A stretch of 64,000 nucleotides of DNA from the human T2T-CHM13v2.0 reference genome, Homo sapiens: the NCBI RefSeq assembly GCF_009914755.1, contig NC_060944.1; one strand, written 5' to 3'. Positions 1 to 19,391 of this stretch are shown here, in pieces (within the stretch, counting starts at the first letter, position 1; each line of letters begins with the position of its first letter). The position numbers were made by a program, and so were the translations under genes. Under the pieces are notes generated by a model, which did no database searches, was not told where the DNA came from, and saw only the letters and a list, made by a program, of their open reading frames with translations.

Positions 1-1
1 C

Positions 2-439
<438 letters not shown>

Positions 440-2129
440 TGAGAATACTTCATTTCCATTATTACCCTAACTGCAAACTGTATTCACCCAATTCTGCACC
501 AAAATACAGCATCCCCAAGAAGAGAACTTTTTTTTTTTAAGAGACAGAGTCTCACTCTGTTGCCCAGGCTGGGGTGCAGTGGAGCGATCATGGCTCACTG
601 CAGCCCGAACTCCTGGGTTCCAGCGATCTTCCCACCTCAGCCTCCCAAGTAGCTAAGACTACAGGTGTGTGCCACCATGCCTGGCTAATTTTCTTTTTTT
701 ATTTATTATTACTATTATTATTGGAGAGAAAAGGTGTTACTGTTACCCAGGTCCCAGACTCCTGGCCTCAAGCAGTCCTCCCACCTTGGCCTCCCAAAAT
801 GCTGGGATTACAGGCAGAAGCCACTTCATCTGACCAAAGAGAATTCTCAAATCACCCTGTTCTCCACTTTCTTTTTGAGACAAGGTCTCACTGTGTTGCC
901 TAGGCTAGAGTGCGGCGGCACCATGACGGCTCACTGCAGCCTCAACCTCCTAGGATCAATCAATCAATCCTCCCACCTCAGTCTCCCAAGCAGCTGGGAC
1001 TACAGGCGCGCGCCACCACGCCCAGGTAATTTTTCCTATTTTTAGTAGATACCGGGTTTCGCCATGTTGCCTAGGCTGGCCTCAAACTCCTGGGCTAAAG
1101 AGATCCACCTGCCTCGGCCTCCCAAAGTGCTGGGATTACAGGAGAGAGCCGCTGCGCCCGGCCCGTCTCCACTTTTAAAATTTCCAGTGACAGAAATTGT
1201 GGAAAGCAACACGAGTTGTATGTGTTTTAATATCCTAGATTCGAAGACAAACATAAATGTAAATAAAAACTGTCAGAGCTCTCTGCAATCTTCAGTTTGG
1301 GTCTTCCAGGCTGCTGCAGCGTTGTTCACAAATCCACACACCTCTAAAGGCAGGCACAGAGCGCTTTCCTGGGTAGTCGGGTGGCCTGTTGGTAGTTGCA
1401 GGCTTCTGGTTTCCCATCTTAATGGCGATGGCAGGGCAACCTGTATTGGTGGTGCTTTTGCACAAGCAGTTCTTTCTGCCGGGAACGCCCTTCCCCAGCC
1501 TTTGCCTTAATGAATACCACTCTCTCTTCAAATCTCTGCTCAACAGGGGCGCCTTTTTGACCAGCTTAGTCGTTAGACTCCCTAATACAGTTCATAGTTT
1601 TCACATTTTTGTAGAATCTATTCAAGTTCTAACTCCCCGCCATGCTCGCCGGCGCTCAAGCCTAGTACCATGGCAAGCAAAGATGCGGAGTTAATAAAAC
1701 AGAATTATACGGTTTATCATTCTCAACACTAAACCTGCGCACCCTTTTCCGTTAAGTAGTTCCTAATAGTCCAGCACAGCCTTCCGCCCGGCCCCGCCCT
1801 CGCCTGGCTCCACTCTGCTCCTGCGCTTTGGGAATCGAAGCTGGGGCGTTCTCCAACCCCCCCGCGCTGGAAGCCTTCACTATTCTCCTCCCTGTGGGTG
1901 GAGCGAAGTTTGGGCACTTGGGTCCTACCGTTGTTATTAGTCTTTACTCGTAATTGATACTAAAGAACAAAATTAAATGGGTTTATTTTTGGTGAAAAGT
2001 TAATTCTCCTTATGTTTGGATTTGCCCCTCATGCACCAAATGGTACAGCCCCACATCAGTCAGGCTGCCTACCCCTGACGCCTGCGACGGAGAGGCGCCT
2101 TCCGTGCTGTCGTCATCACGTCGGCCGGA

Positions 2130-2256
2130 GCTAGCGCTGCGTCCTGGGCCACGCCTCCCGGCGCACCGACGCGCCTCTCCGGTTACTAAGCGGCCTTGGA
2201 TACCTGGCCGCGGGATGCTGGGCGGCGTCAGGTGAGCGGTGGTCGCTGGGCCTCAG
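2130..2256 (+). other. IFT52: IFT52 non-coding exon 1 with two alternative 5' splice sites (ends at 2231 or 2256)
   Basis: CAG|GTGAGC at 2231/2232 and CAG|GTAAAG at 2256/2257 inside the CpG island; 5' boundary approximate. Confidence 0.8.
2182..2203. promoter_or_regulatory. Candidate RFX X-box half-site pair (GTTACTAAG...CCTTGGATAC)
   Basis: Resembles both halves of the RFX palindrome GTTRCCATGGYAAC; IFT genes are established RFX targets. Motif match only. Confidence 0.5.
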
Positions 2257-2799
2257 GTAAAGGGCGCCAACAGTGGTGGGCCGGCTGGGGCGTTGGTGCG
2301 GCCTGGGAGCTGGCGAGGGACTCGCCGCACTCTTCGAGGCCGCTGGGCCGGTCATAGAACATCCAGGGTCCCCCGGGGTGAAGTAAACTGTGGGCGCGGA
2401 CGTAGCCCGGGTTCCTGGCGCCCCGGCTGGGCGCCCATCTCCACGGCCTCGGGTGGTGCAGGTGTTTAGTCGTTCCGCTGACTATGAAAGAGCATGGGAC
2501 GAGGAATCGTACAGTCTTAATCTCTCTTCTGTCGTGGCTGCGACCCCTCGGTATTCATGTGGGAAAATACTGATTTGACTGGTAATGTTATTGAAGAGAA
2601 AGCGAGAGAATGGTTTGGCAGCGTTACCCAAATATTTGTTATTTTTATAGTTTTAAAGGCCTTATACTATTATTAAGGAAATGCATTTCTGGCTAAGTCT
2701 GACAGTACAGGAACGCAGACCTGCTACTCTCACCAGGGGCTGAACTAACAGAACAAAAAAAGATAGATGTATCACGGTGGTGGGACCATGGAGGGGGCA

Positions 2800-5560
<2,761 letters not shown>

Positions 5561-5900
5561 TTAGCAGTAATGAATCAGGATGGAAACATGGTCTTGGGAC
5601 ACAAGAGCAGGGTGATGGCAGGGCAGAGCCATAGGTGTAGGCTGTTGGGAGGATCTGGGCAAGAGGCAGAAAGCAAAAGCGGGTAGGGGAGGGCTGGGTT
5701 GGTTTTGGTCTTAGGTTTCTGTGCTATGCTTTTGCATTTCACTCTCAACCTTTGAGAATTGTAGGAGTTTCCTAGATAGGTTTCAGTTGTATACCCTTTC
5801 TTGATAAATTAGTAGTAGAAGGCAACTATTTATTACTTTTAGGGTCTTTGGAATATTGTTTATTGATTTTCTGATCCCATCTTTCTTCCATAAGGTAACC

Positions 5901-6019
5901 ATGGAGAAAGAGCTGCGGAGCACCATTCTTTTCAATGCCTACAAAAAGGAGATATTTACCACCAACAATGGCTACAAATCCATGCAGAAAAAACTTCGGA
6001 GTAATTGGAAGATTCAGAG
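5901..6019 (+). CDS. IFT52: IFT52 exon 2 coding part (exon starts 5895; start codon)
   Basis: Acceptor ttccataag|GTAACC then ATG in strong Kozak context (ACCATGG); MEKELRSTILFNAYKKEIFTTNNGYKSMQKKLRSNWKIQ; donor AG|GTGACT. Confidence 0.96.
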
Positions 6020-6215
6020 GTGACTGACCATGTATATTGTTTTCCCTTCTAAATGATATTGTCCTGCTGATAAAGCTGAGAAGTCTTTATTTTCTTAGGT
6101 AACATAGATTGTTTAGGTGGGAGAAGCTCAATTTAAAGATTATTCAGAATTAGGTCTGGCGTGGTGGCTCACACCTGTAATCCCAGCAGTTTGGGAGGCT
6201 GAGGCGGGCGGATCA

Positions 6216-6746
<531 letters not shown>

Positions 6747-7636
6747 CTAAAAAAATAAAAAAACATTATTCAGAATGAAATAAATTCTTATTAAAACGTC
6801 TCTTGGGCAGGACGCGGTGGCTCATGCCTGTAATCCCAGCACTTTGGGAGGCTGAAGCAGGCAGATCACTAGAGGTCAAGAGTTGGCGACCAGCCTGGCC
6901 TACATGGCAAAACCTCATCTCTACTGAAAATACAAAAATTAGCCAGACATGATGGTGCATGCCTATAATCCCAGCTACTAAGGAGGCTGAGGCACAAGAA
7001 TCCCTTGAACCCAGGAAGTGAATGCCTGCAGTGAGCCGAGATCATGCCACTGCACTCCAGCCTGGGAAACAGAGGGAGACTCTGTCAAAAACAAAAATTA
7101 AAAAAAAAATGTCTTTCGAAATCAGCAATTAGGATATTATTAAAGCAGCATATTATTAAGTTGTTTTCCAAATCACAAGCCAAAAGATTATTCTAATTAT
7201 ACACATGTAGCTTTTTAAGATGTTAGAGGCTTTCTTCATATTTTGACTCAGGTCAGTACTAGGGAAAGGAAACATGAGAATTAAATGAGAATAACTTTGT
7301 GTATGTGCATGTTTTTCTTAATAGGTGAGGATATGTAATCATACAAGCTAATGGTAGGGCTGATTGAATTAGTAGTTGCAGACTTCCTTATGCTTTAGCA
7401 TGGCTTGATTTGAACACCTTGACTTACTGGAAGTATTTGAACAGAGGCCAGATGACTCTGGGGCAGGCCTGTAGAGGGAATTCTCACTTTGGGAGAGAGA
7501 CTGGACCAGTTACCTCTAAATCCCTTCATCTCTGAGCCTCTGTGGCCTCTGCTTCCAAATAGTTAAGAGACTAAAATAATACATAAATTGGTTTAAATTA
7601 TGGACTTCATATTTGCTTTTAAAATTGTATTTCCAG

Positions 7637-7724
7637 CTTAAAAGATGAAATCACATCTGAGAAGTTAAATGGAGTGAAACTGTGGATTACAGCTGGGCCA
7701 AGGGAAAAATTTACTGCAGCTGAG
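7637..7724 (+). CDS. IFT52: IFT52 exon 3
   Basis: ttccag|C TTA AAA GAT; (S)LKDEITSEKLNGVKLWITAGPREKFTAAE; donor GAG|GTAAGA. Confidence 0.96.
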
Positions 7725-7765
7725 GTAAGAAATATCCACTAAAGAAGGAATATGGTGAAATGATT

Positions 7766-7925
7766 AGGAGTCTGAGCTTTGAAATACCGGATTTGAATCC
7801 CCCTTCACCACTTACTGTGTGGCCTTAAGGTAGTCACTTCATCTCTCTTTTCATCATGGAGTTGTGATGATTAACTGAGATACTCCATGTAAAGTACCAA
7901 ACACATAGTGTGGGCCAATTAAATA
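7766..7925 (+). mobile_element. MIR SINE
   Basis: GGATTTGAATCCC...CCACTTACTGTGTGGCCTT core similarity. Confidence 0.65.
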
Positions 7926-8659
7926 TTAGCCACACTTCTTTTTTTTTTTTTTTTTTTTTTTGAGACAGAGTCTCGCTCTGTCGCCGAGGCTGGAGTGCAG
8001 TGGCGCAATCTCGGCTCACTGCAACCTCCACCTCCCGGGTTCAAGCAATTCTCACTGCCTCAGCCTCCTGAGTAGCTGGGACTACAGGTGCCCACCACCA
8101 CGCCCGGCTAATTTTTGTATTTTTGGTGCAGATGGGGTCTCACCATATTGGCCAGGCTGGTCTCAAACTCCTGACCTTGTGATCTGCCTACCTCAGCCTC
8201 CCAAAGTGCTGGGATTACAGGTGTGAGCCACCGAGCCCAGCCAGTAGCCACATTTCTTTGCTATATTTTTGCTTTGAAAATAGGAAAATTCCGCCAGGCG
8301 CGGTGGCTCACACCTGTAATCCCAACACTTTGGGAGGCCGAGGCAGGCAGATCACCTGAGGTCGGGAGTTCAAGACCACCCTGACCAACATGGAGAAACC
8401 CCGTCTCTACTAAAAATACAAAATTAGCCAGGCGTGGTGGCGCATTCCTGTAATCCCAGCTACATGAGAGGCTGAGGCAGGAGAATCGCTTGAACCTGGG
8501 AGGCGGAGCTTGCTGTGTGCCAAGATCGCGCCATCTCACTCCAGCCTGGGCAACAAGAGCAAAACTCCATCTCAAAAAAAAAAAAAGAAAGAAAATAGGA
8601 ATTCATTTAAAATAAAAGTGTTTATTATTCTAGTTCATGGAATGGATAAAGAATGATAA

Positions 8660-10000
<1,341 letters not shown>

Positions 10001-11485
10001 AAACCCAGAACATAGAAAGAGCCATTTTACAGAGAATGGGAAGTACCTTTGTGCTGAGAGAGAATATGGGGAATAGAGAGGTTGAGGCAGGGCAAGGCCA
10101 ATGTGGTCCTTAGATTGAGGCAGGCCAAGGTCTCCTGCTGTTACTCTGGGTGGTGCCATGGGGAAGAGGTCCACTGGGGAGCATTTCTAGTGCACTTTGT
10201 TTCTCAATTTGATTGCAAAGTGACCTTCCCCCGCTGGGAATGGCATGGAGAGGGACATGATTGTTTGATCAGGTTAATTGACAGAAGGAGTAGAAATTAC
10301 CATTGGGAATGTGGAGGTAACCAGCAACTCCTACCCACTGAGACCCTGAGGGATATGTACACACAGAGGGCAGTGGCCTGCAGAGCAACACTCTATTGCT
10401 TGTTGGGCTTCGGCTCCATCTCCCCATCCACCTAGCGAAGCCAATGAGAGAGTTGGCCTGATGTTTGCCAGGGACCAACCAGCCTCAGGAACACAGGGGC
10501 ATCCAAAGAGAGGGTCAGAACCTGGTGCCTGGGCCTTTTCCCAAGTGGAGATGGGTGCCAGGCCAAGCCTTAGTTTGGGCTTCCAGGCATGGTAGGCTGA
10601 TGCATCCAAGAGACACAAGTCCTTCGAGAGGCAAATTTGATGTAACTTTAGCCTAATAAAACGTCCTCTCCCAGACCAGTCCCTGACACCATACCTTCTC
10701 TTTAGAGTTGGAGTGAGGTGGGAAGAAAAGGGAAAAAAGCTGTTAGCTTTTTTTCTAGGAATCAGCATTCCTTTGTGTTACAGTTCTTCCAATGGGCTCA
10801 TGCTTGTGAGATCACTGCTTTCCTTGTCATTGCTGCTGGCCTCCTAGACTGTTACCCCTGGAGAGCTGTGTGATGCCTTTTTCATGTTGACTTCCAGAAA
10901 CTTCTGTGACAGGACAGACATCATATGTCTGATATTAGATGCTAGTATCATGCTAGAAACTAGGCTGAACAGTCTTTCCTTATTTCCACCTCAACTACAT
11001 TGACGCATTACACTAGCTTTGTGGTGGTATTCAGTTACGACCAGGTAACCACGTGGCTGAGACGAGTATTTTCCAACCCTAACAGACCAGCATCCACCTA
11101 TATTACAGATGCCAACTTTGTTACCCTGAATTGAAATGCAAAGATAATCTAACCCACCACCATTAAAAAAGTAAAGCAATATAACTTCCTAACTTTAATG
11201 TACAGAAATTAAAGGATGATTTATAAAAGAATATGTGTATTTCAAATTGTAAATGTTTATGCATATATATACTAGAAGAATATACATATTTCAGTTTGTT
11301 AATGCTTGGTCATACATGCATTAGAACACTTCTTTATGTTTGACATTTTGAAATAAATGTTTAATAAGTATGTAGAACTCCGATGAATGGGATAGGTACA
11401 TATGCAGACTGGTGGAAGTGATGTATTGGCAATTCAAATCATGAGCCGTGTTGCTGTCGGTGATGTGATTTTTCCAAAATACTGA

Positions 11486-11711
<226 letters not shown>

Positions 11712-13211
11712 TAGCCAGGGTGATCTCGATCTCCTGGCCTTGTGATCCGCCCGCCTTGGCCTCTGGTAAAGTTCTGTTAATAAAAAGAGTATAATTCTTC
11801 TCTCAGTTTACATGGTAGTTGGGTACCTCCGAATTCAGTATATGTTAAATCGTGCAAAAAATACTTTGTACAGTATTTACATAGAATTTGAGCTGGGCGC
11901 AGTAGCTTACTCCTGTAATCCCAGGAGTTTGGGAGGCCGAGGCGGGTGGAACACCAGACGTCAGGAGTTTGAGACTAGCCTGGCCAACATGGTGAAACCT
12001 TGTCTCTACTGAAAATACAAAAATTAGCCAGGTGTGGTGGCAGGCTCCTGTAGTCACAACTACTCAGGAGGCTGAGGCAGGAGAATCACTTGAACCCAGG
12101 AGGCGAAGTTTGCAGTGAGCCGAGATCGAGCCACTGCAGCATGGGTGACAGAGCAAGACTTCATCTCAAAAAAAATAAAGAAATTGGAGTTAGATTTTAG
12201 GCTGAGCTTCTTTTGTTTGTTTGCTTTTTCTTTTTTAAACCTCCGTGACTATCTGAGAAGATATTCAAATGCTGTGGAATAGTTCTTTACTGTGTGGGAC
12301 TGGTCTGAATATTGCAGGACCTTAACTTCCCTGCCCTTCACCCGCTAAAATGTCCTTAAACATTAATATTATGGCATTAATATTTTGCCATATTAATATT
12401 AATATTATGGTGATCCAGAATACATGCTAGATGGTTTAAATGCCTCCACTGAGAGCCACTGGCCTGGATCATCCAGTCTCGATTACAGGAAATACCTCAC
12501 ATTTGCTGCCACACTAACAGTGTGAATGCATTCTAAGCCAATTTCTAAAATTCAAGTCTGCAAAATTAATCTTTCTTCCTGTTTTTGCCATAAAGAAATA
12601 AGAAACCTCCAGTTTGTACCAAATATCCATTCTTTTGTTAGAAGGGTCTCACTTACGTGTATAGCTGGAAACTGGGTCATAATTCATGTAAGCTCCTTCA
12701 ACTTTTGCCCACCTGTGTTATTGCACACCACATCCTTCATGTATCTTTTTCTTAAAATGCCAGATGGCCAATAGGACACAGTAGATACCAATAACTACTA
12801 TATACTCATTGCATTTAGGCAACATGGACAAATCCCAGAACCACATAATCATGAAAACCAAGTCCCAGTAGAATTTCCCAAGCAAAAGCTATGTTCTGAG
12901 AATATATATTGCAAACTAGACCTGGCTTGCTATTATCAGTCATAGAACATAGCATATATTTAGGGCTGTCTGGGAAGAGGAGTTTGAGAGGAAATCAAAA
13001 GGAAGGAAAAGGAAGATGAATTTAGGGAGAGATTCAGTCTGTTGTTCAGGGTCCAGGATCATGCAGTTATAACCCATTTGTTTTGTTTTTCTGTTGTTGT
13101 TCCAAAAAATGTTTACTAAGGATCTGTTACACACCTAGTAACAGGTCCTAGGACTAACGCTAGGGATCAAAGTCAAATAGCACATGATCTCTCCACTCAA
13201 GGAACCGATAG

Positions 13212-13664
<453 letters not shown>

Positions 13665-13684
13665 TAATTTTGATTTTGAAATAA

Positions 13685-13948
<264 letters not shown>

Positions 13949-14079
13949 TGATCCGCCTACCTTGGCCTCTGAAGATTCATTTGTTTTATACAGTGTGGGG
14001 AAGGCAGGGGGAGAGGAAAATTCAGGGAGCATACAAGAGCGAGAGGGCCGTGCTGTGGCAAATCTAGTCTGGGCAGTAG

Positions 14080-14300
14080 TTTCCAAAGTAGGATGCATGT
14101 GATGAATCAGTGGGGTGCCAAAAGGAAATTATGTTTATTATTCATATTTTCATTACCCTTAAAACATTTCCTTTTTGGGAGTTGTTTTGAATTATAAAGT
14201 ACATATTTTATATAGAGATACATACATATTGAATGTATTTATATACATGTTCAGATTTTTTTCTGCTGGAGTGCTTGATGAAGAAAGTTGAGAAACTATT
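14080..14300. mobile_element. Degenerate hAT-Charlie MITE (MER117-like)
   Basis: Ends CAGTAGTTTCCAAAGT ... AAAGTTGAGAAACTAT resemble Charlie-type terminal inverted repeats. Confidence 0.35.
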
Positions 14301-14539
14301 TGTCTGGACCACCCACCCCAGATTTTCTCAGGCTAGACCAGCAAGATCAACCCTAGATTTTTCTCCCTTCCCCAGCTTTGTGAAAATGAGAGAGCTTCCA
14401 GGAGATAAGCAGAAAACATGCGTTTCTCTCTATGGTTTGGTTGGTCAATGACCTTGAACAGAATTCCTCCCAGGTGTGGTATGAAATGACTTCATCCTGA
14501 TATCCTCTGTGGGCAGTCAAGAGAAGGCATTGTCTAAAT

Positions 14540-14678
14540 CAGTGGTTCTTAACTAGGGGTGATTCTATTTCTTCTTCTCCTGAGGGAACATGTGGCAATC
14601 TCAAGAGACATTTTTGGTTGCCAGGGGAAGGTAGGTACAACTGGCATCTAGTAGGTGGAGACCAGGGGTGCTGCTGAA
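14540..14678 (+). mobile_element. MER20 (hAT-Charlie) fragment
   Basis: CAGTGGTTCTTAACTAGGGGTGATT...GAGACATTTTTGGTTG...CTGGCATCTAGTAGGTGGAGACCAGGGGTGCTGCT matches the MER20 consensus as remembered. Confidence 0.8.
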
Positions 14679-14961
14679 TGGAGAACTGAGTGCTTCCTTT
14701 AGTTAAGTTTTTCACTTTTGACTTGCTCTCTAGATAGTCAGCTTTGAAATTGTCAATTTACTTTGAGTATTTTGGAGCTTTATGCTCAAAGACAAGCTTG
14801 GAGATCCTACATAGAGAGTACTTTTTATCTTATATACATTTATATGTAAATGCCTTATAGATTTGAAATATGTATTTTTCATCTAGTTAAGGTCTTATTC
14901 ATGGTATTTCGGGCAAAAGTCTTTCAAGTATATTCATAGATTGCTTTTTTCCTTTGTGTAG

Positions 14962-15091
14962 TTTGAAATCCTGAAGAAATATCTTGACACTGGTGGAGAT
15001 GTCTTTGTGATGCTAGGAGAAGGTGGAGAATCCAGATTTGACACCAATATTAACTTTTTACTAGAAGAATATGGAATCATGGTTAATAATG
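14962..15091 (+). CDS. IFT52: IFT52 exon 4
   Basis: tgtgtag|TTT GAA ATC; FEILKKYLDTGGDVFVMLGEGGESRFDTNINFLLEEYGIMVNN; donor ATG|GTAATT. Confidence 0.96.
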
Positions 15092-15384
15092 GTAATTAGT
15101 ATTATTATTTTCAGTAGAGGCAGTACTTTTCTATCTATTATTTGATATCATAGCCCTCTAGGTCCAGTGGCATAATGGAAAAAGCCCTGGGCTGTGTGTG
15201 CGTGTTTTAATGTTCCATTCTCATCAGCAGTCTGAGCCTCCTAGGCTTGGGCTGCTTCCATTTATAAAGCGAGATGGATTGGAACCAAGTTCCAGGGTGC
15301 CCTTCAGGTCAAAATTGGTATGAGTCTATAATATCGAATTTATTTCTAACCTAAAATATACCTCCTTCTCTTTTTCCCTCATAG

Positions 15385-15460
15385 ATGCTGTGGTTAGAAA
15401 TGTATATCACAAATATTTCCATCCTAAAGAAGCTCTAGTTTCCAGTGGAGTCTTGAACAG
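15385..15460 (+). CDS. IFT52: IFT52 exon 5
   Basis: ctcatag|AT GCT GTG; [25 protein letters not shown]; donor CAG|GTAAGC. Confidence 0.96.
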
Positions 15461-15551
15461 GTAAGCATGTTGAAAGCAGAAATATCTTGGCAAGGCATCG
15501 TCGCTCACACCTGTAATCCCAGCACTTTGGGAAGCCAAGGTGGATGGATCA

Positions 15552-15770
<219 letters not shown>

Positions 15771-16203
15771 TCATCTCAAAAAAAAAATAAAGCAGAAATA
15801 TCCTTACACATAACTCTCATTTCTTCTACATAAATCTTCCCTCGTCTCTTCTCATACATTCTTTTCACTGCCCTTTCTTCTTTCTTGCCTTTTTGTTTTG
15901 TGTTATTATAATTTATTTTACTATATTACTACTACTCATTCATCAAATTATTTTTCTTCATCTTTTGAAACTTACTTCACATTCAATTTATTTTTTGTTT
16001 ATATATATATGTATTTTTTGAGACAGAGTCTTGCTCTGTTGCTCAGGCTGGAATGCAGTGGTGGGAACACAGTTCACTGCAGCCTTGACCTCCCAGGCTT
16101 AAGCAATCCTCCCACCTTAGCCTCATACTTGCTGTACTAATGAATGCAGTGTGAAATTCTCAAATTTTTTTTGTTTACTAGATTTTAATTTTTCTTCTTC
16201 AAG

Positions 16204-16275
16204 GGAAATTAGCCGAGCTGCAGGAAAGGCTGTGCCTGGGATCATTGATGAGGAAAGCAGTGGAAACAATGCCCA
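16204..16275 (+). CDS. IFT52: IFT52 exon 6
   Basis: cttcaag|G GAA ATT; REISRAAGKAVPGIIDEESSGNNA; donor CCA|GTGAGT; 72 nt, phase 2-2. Confidence 0.96.
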
Positions 16276-16484
16276 GTGAGTGTGTTTTCTGATGCCACAT
16301 GAGGAAGATGTATCATTTTGGAGTCTTCTTTTTCAAAATGAAAAGAGCTTTTGTTTCTGGTTACAAAAATAATCAGAATTTGAACAGTTCAAGAGGAAAA
16401 AAGTAGAAGCTCTGCACTGTAAGTCCATGCTCCTCCCCCTGAAGGTAGTCTTAATATAGTATTTAGGCCCAGCATGGTGGCTCA

Positions 16485-16777
<293 letters not shown>

Positions 16778-16929
16778 CTAGGTTTTTTTTTTTCCATGTA
16801 TAAAGTTATAGGTGAGTACCTCTTCATTTTTAATGACTGGATTAAATTGGATATATCCCAGTTTATCTAACCAACTCCCTATTATTGGACATTTAAGTAG
16901 TTTATAATGTTTTTCTTTAATAATACCAC

Positions 16930-17107
16930 CTAATGTTTGTCAAGCATCGACTGTGTGACAGGCATGTATTACCTCATTTAATCCTTACAACTCTGGAAAG
17001 TTAGAGATGAGATACAGAGATGTAATTGCCCAAATGCACATGACTACTCTGTGTCAGAACTTAGATGCAAACATAGGCAGTCTATTCTAGAGCCTGCACT
17101 CTTAACT
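16930..17107 (-). mobile_element. MIR SINE
   Basis: CTCATTTAATCCTTACAAC...TTGCCCAA...AGGCAGTCTATTCTAGAGCCTGCACTCTTAAC. Confidence 0.65.
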
Positions 17108-17139
17108 TCTGTTCCGTATTGTTGTTATAGACAATTTTA

Positions 17140-17788
<649 letters not shown>

Positions 17789-17793
17789 TAGTA

Positions 17794-19391
17794 TTTTTTT
17801 TTTTTTAATTGATCATTCTTGGGTGTTTCTCGCAGAGGGGGATTTGGCAGGGTCATAGGACAATAGTGGAGGGAAGGTCAGCAGATAAACAAGTGAACAA
17901 AGGTCTCTGGTTTTCCTAGGCAGAGGACCCTGCAGCCTTCCGCAGTGTTTGTGTCCCTGGGTACTTGAGATTAGGGAGTGGTGATGACTCTTAACGAGCA
18001 TGCTGCCTTCAGGCATCTGTTTGACAAAGCACATCTTGCACCGCCCTTAATCCATTTAACCCTGAGTGGACACAGCACATGTTTCAGAGAGCACAGGGTT
18101 GGGGGTAAGGTCACAGATCAACAGGATCCCAAGGCAGAATTTTTCTTAGTACAGAACAAAATGAAAAGTCTCCCGTGTCTACTTCTTTCTACACAGACAC
18201 AGCAACCATCCGATTTCTCAATCTTTTCCCCACCTTTCCCCTCTTTCTATTCCACAAAACCGCCATTGTCATCATGGCCCGTTCTCAATGAGCTGTTGGG
18301 TACACCTCCCAGACTGGGTGGTTGCCAGGCAGAGGGGCTCCTCACTTCCCAGTAGGGGCAGCCGGGCAGAGGCGCCCCTCACCTCCTGGATGGGGCGGCT
18401 GGCCGGGCGGGGGGCTGACCCCCCCACCTCCCTCCCGGACGGGGCGGCTGGCCGGGCGGGGGGCTGACCCCCCCACCTCCCTCCCGGACGGGGCGGCTGG
18501 CCTGGCGGGGGCTGACCCCCACCTCCCTCCCGGACTGGGTGGCTGCCGGGCGGAGACGCTCCTCACTTCCCAGACAGGGTGGCTGCCGGGCGGAGGGGCT
18601 CCTCACTTCTCAGACGGGGCGGCTGCCGGGCGGAGGGGCTCCTCACTTCTCAGACAGGGCGGCTGGGCAGAGACACTCCTCACCTCCCAGACGGGGTCGT
18701 GGCCGGGCAGAGGCGCTCCTCACATCCCAGACGGGGCGGCGTGGCAGAGGCGCTCCCCACATCTCAGACGATGGGCGGCCGGGCAGAGATGCTCCGCACT
18801 TCCTAAATGGGATGGCATCCTAGATGGGATGGCGGCCGGGCAGAGACGCTCCTCACTTTCCAGACTGGGCAGCCAGGCAGAGGGGCTCCTCACATCCCAG
18901 ATGATGGGCGGCCAGGCAGAGACGCTCCTCACTTCCCAGACGGGGTGGCGGCCGGGCAGAGGCTGCACTCTCGGCACTTTGGGAGGCCAAGACAGGCGGC
19001 TGGGAGGTGGAGGTTGTAGCGAGCCGAGATCACGCCACTGCACTCCAGCCTGGGCACCGTTGAGCACTGAGTGAACAAGACTCCGTCTGCAATCCCGGCA
19101 CCTCGGGAGGCCGAGGCTGGGGGATCACTCGCGGTTAGGAGCTGGAGACCAGCCCAGCCAACACAGCGAAACCCCGTCTCCACCAAAAAAAATACGAAAA
19201 CCAGACAGGCGTGGCGGTGCGCGCCTGCAATCACAGGCACTCGGCAGGCTGAGGCAGGAAATCAGGCAGGGAGGTTGCAGTGAGCCGAGATGGCAGCAGT
19301 ATAGTCCAGCTTCGGCTCGGCATCAGAGGGAGACCGTGGAAAGAGAGGGAGAGGGAGACCGTGGGGAGAGGGAGAGGGAGAGGGAGAGGGA
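17794..19391 (-). mobile_element. Full-length SVA retrotransposon (SVA_D-like), antisense in IFT52 intron 6
   Basis: On the + strand in order: poly(T) 17794-17806, SINE-R ~17807-18300, GC-rich VNTR ~18300-18960, Alu-like domain ~18960-19330, (GAGAGG)n hexamer to 19391. TSD GTGG(T/G)AGTATTTTTT at 17785 and 19392. Subfamily call is by eye. Confidence 0.95.

Larger units (their letters stand above)
1780..2550 (+). promoter_or_regulatory. CpG-island, TATA-less promoter of IFT52
   Basis: Dense CpG/GC outside Alus; GC boxes CCGCCCGGCCCCGCCC (~1784-1799); CRE-like half sites TGACG (2076-2080) and CGTCA (2111-2115); lies over the first splice donors. Confidence 0.85.

Noticed and set aside
2131-2578. 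ORFs over the CpG island, suggesting a divergent or overlapping gene
   Set aside because: Short, low-complexity GC-driven frames, several with non-ATG starts, and no recognisable protein similarity.
17813-19283. Long ORFs up to 250 aa on both strands
   Set aside because: They come from the stop-poor GC-rich SVA VNTR, Alu-like and SINE-R domains.
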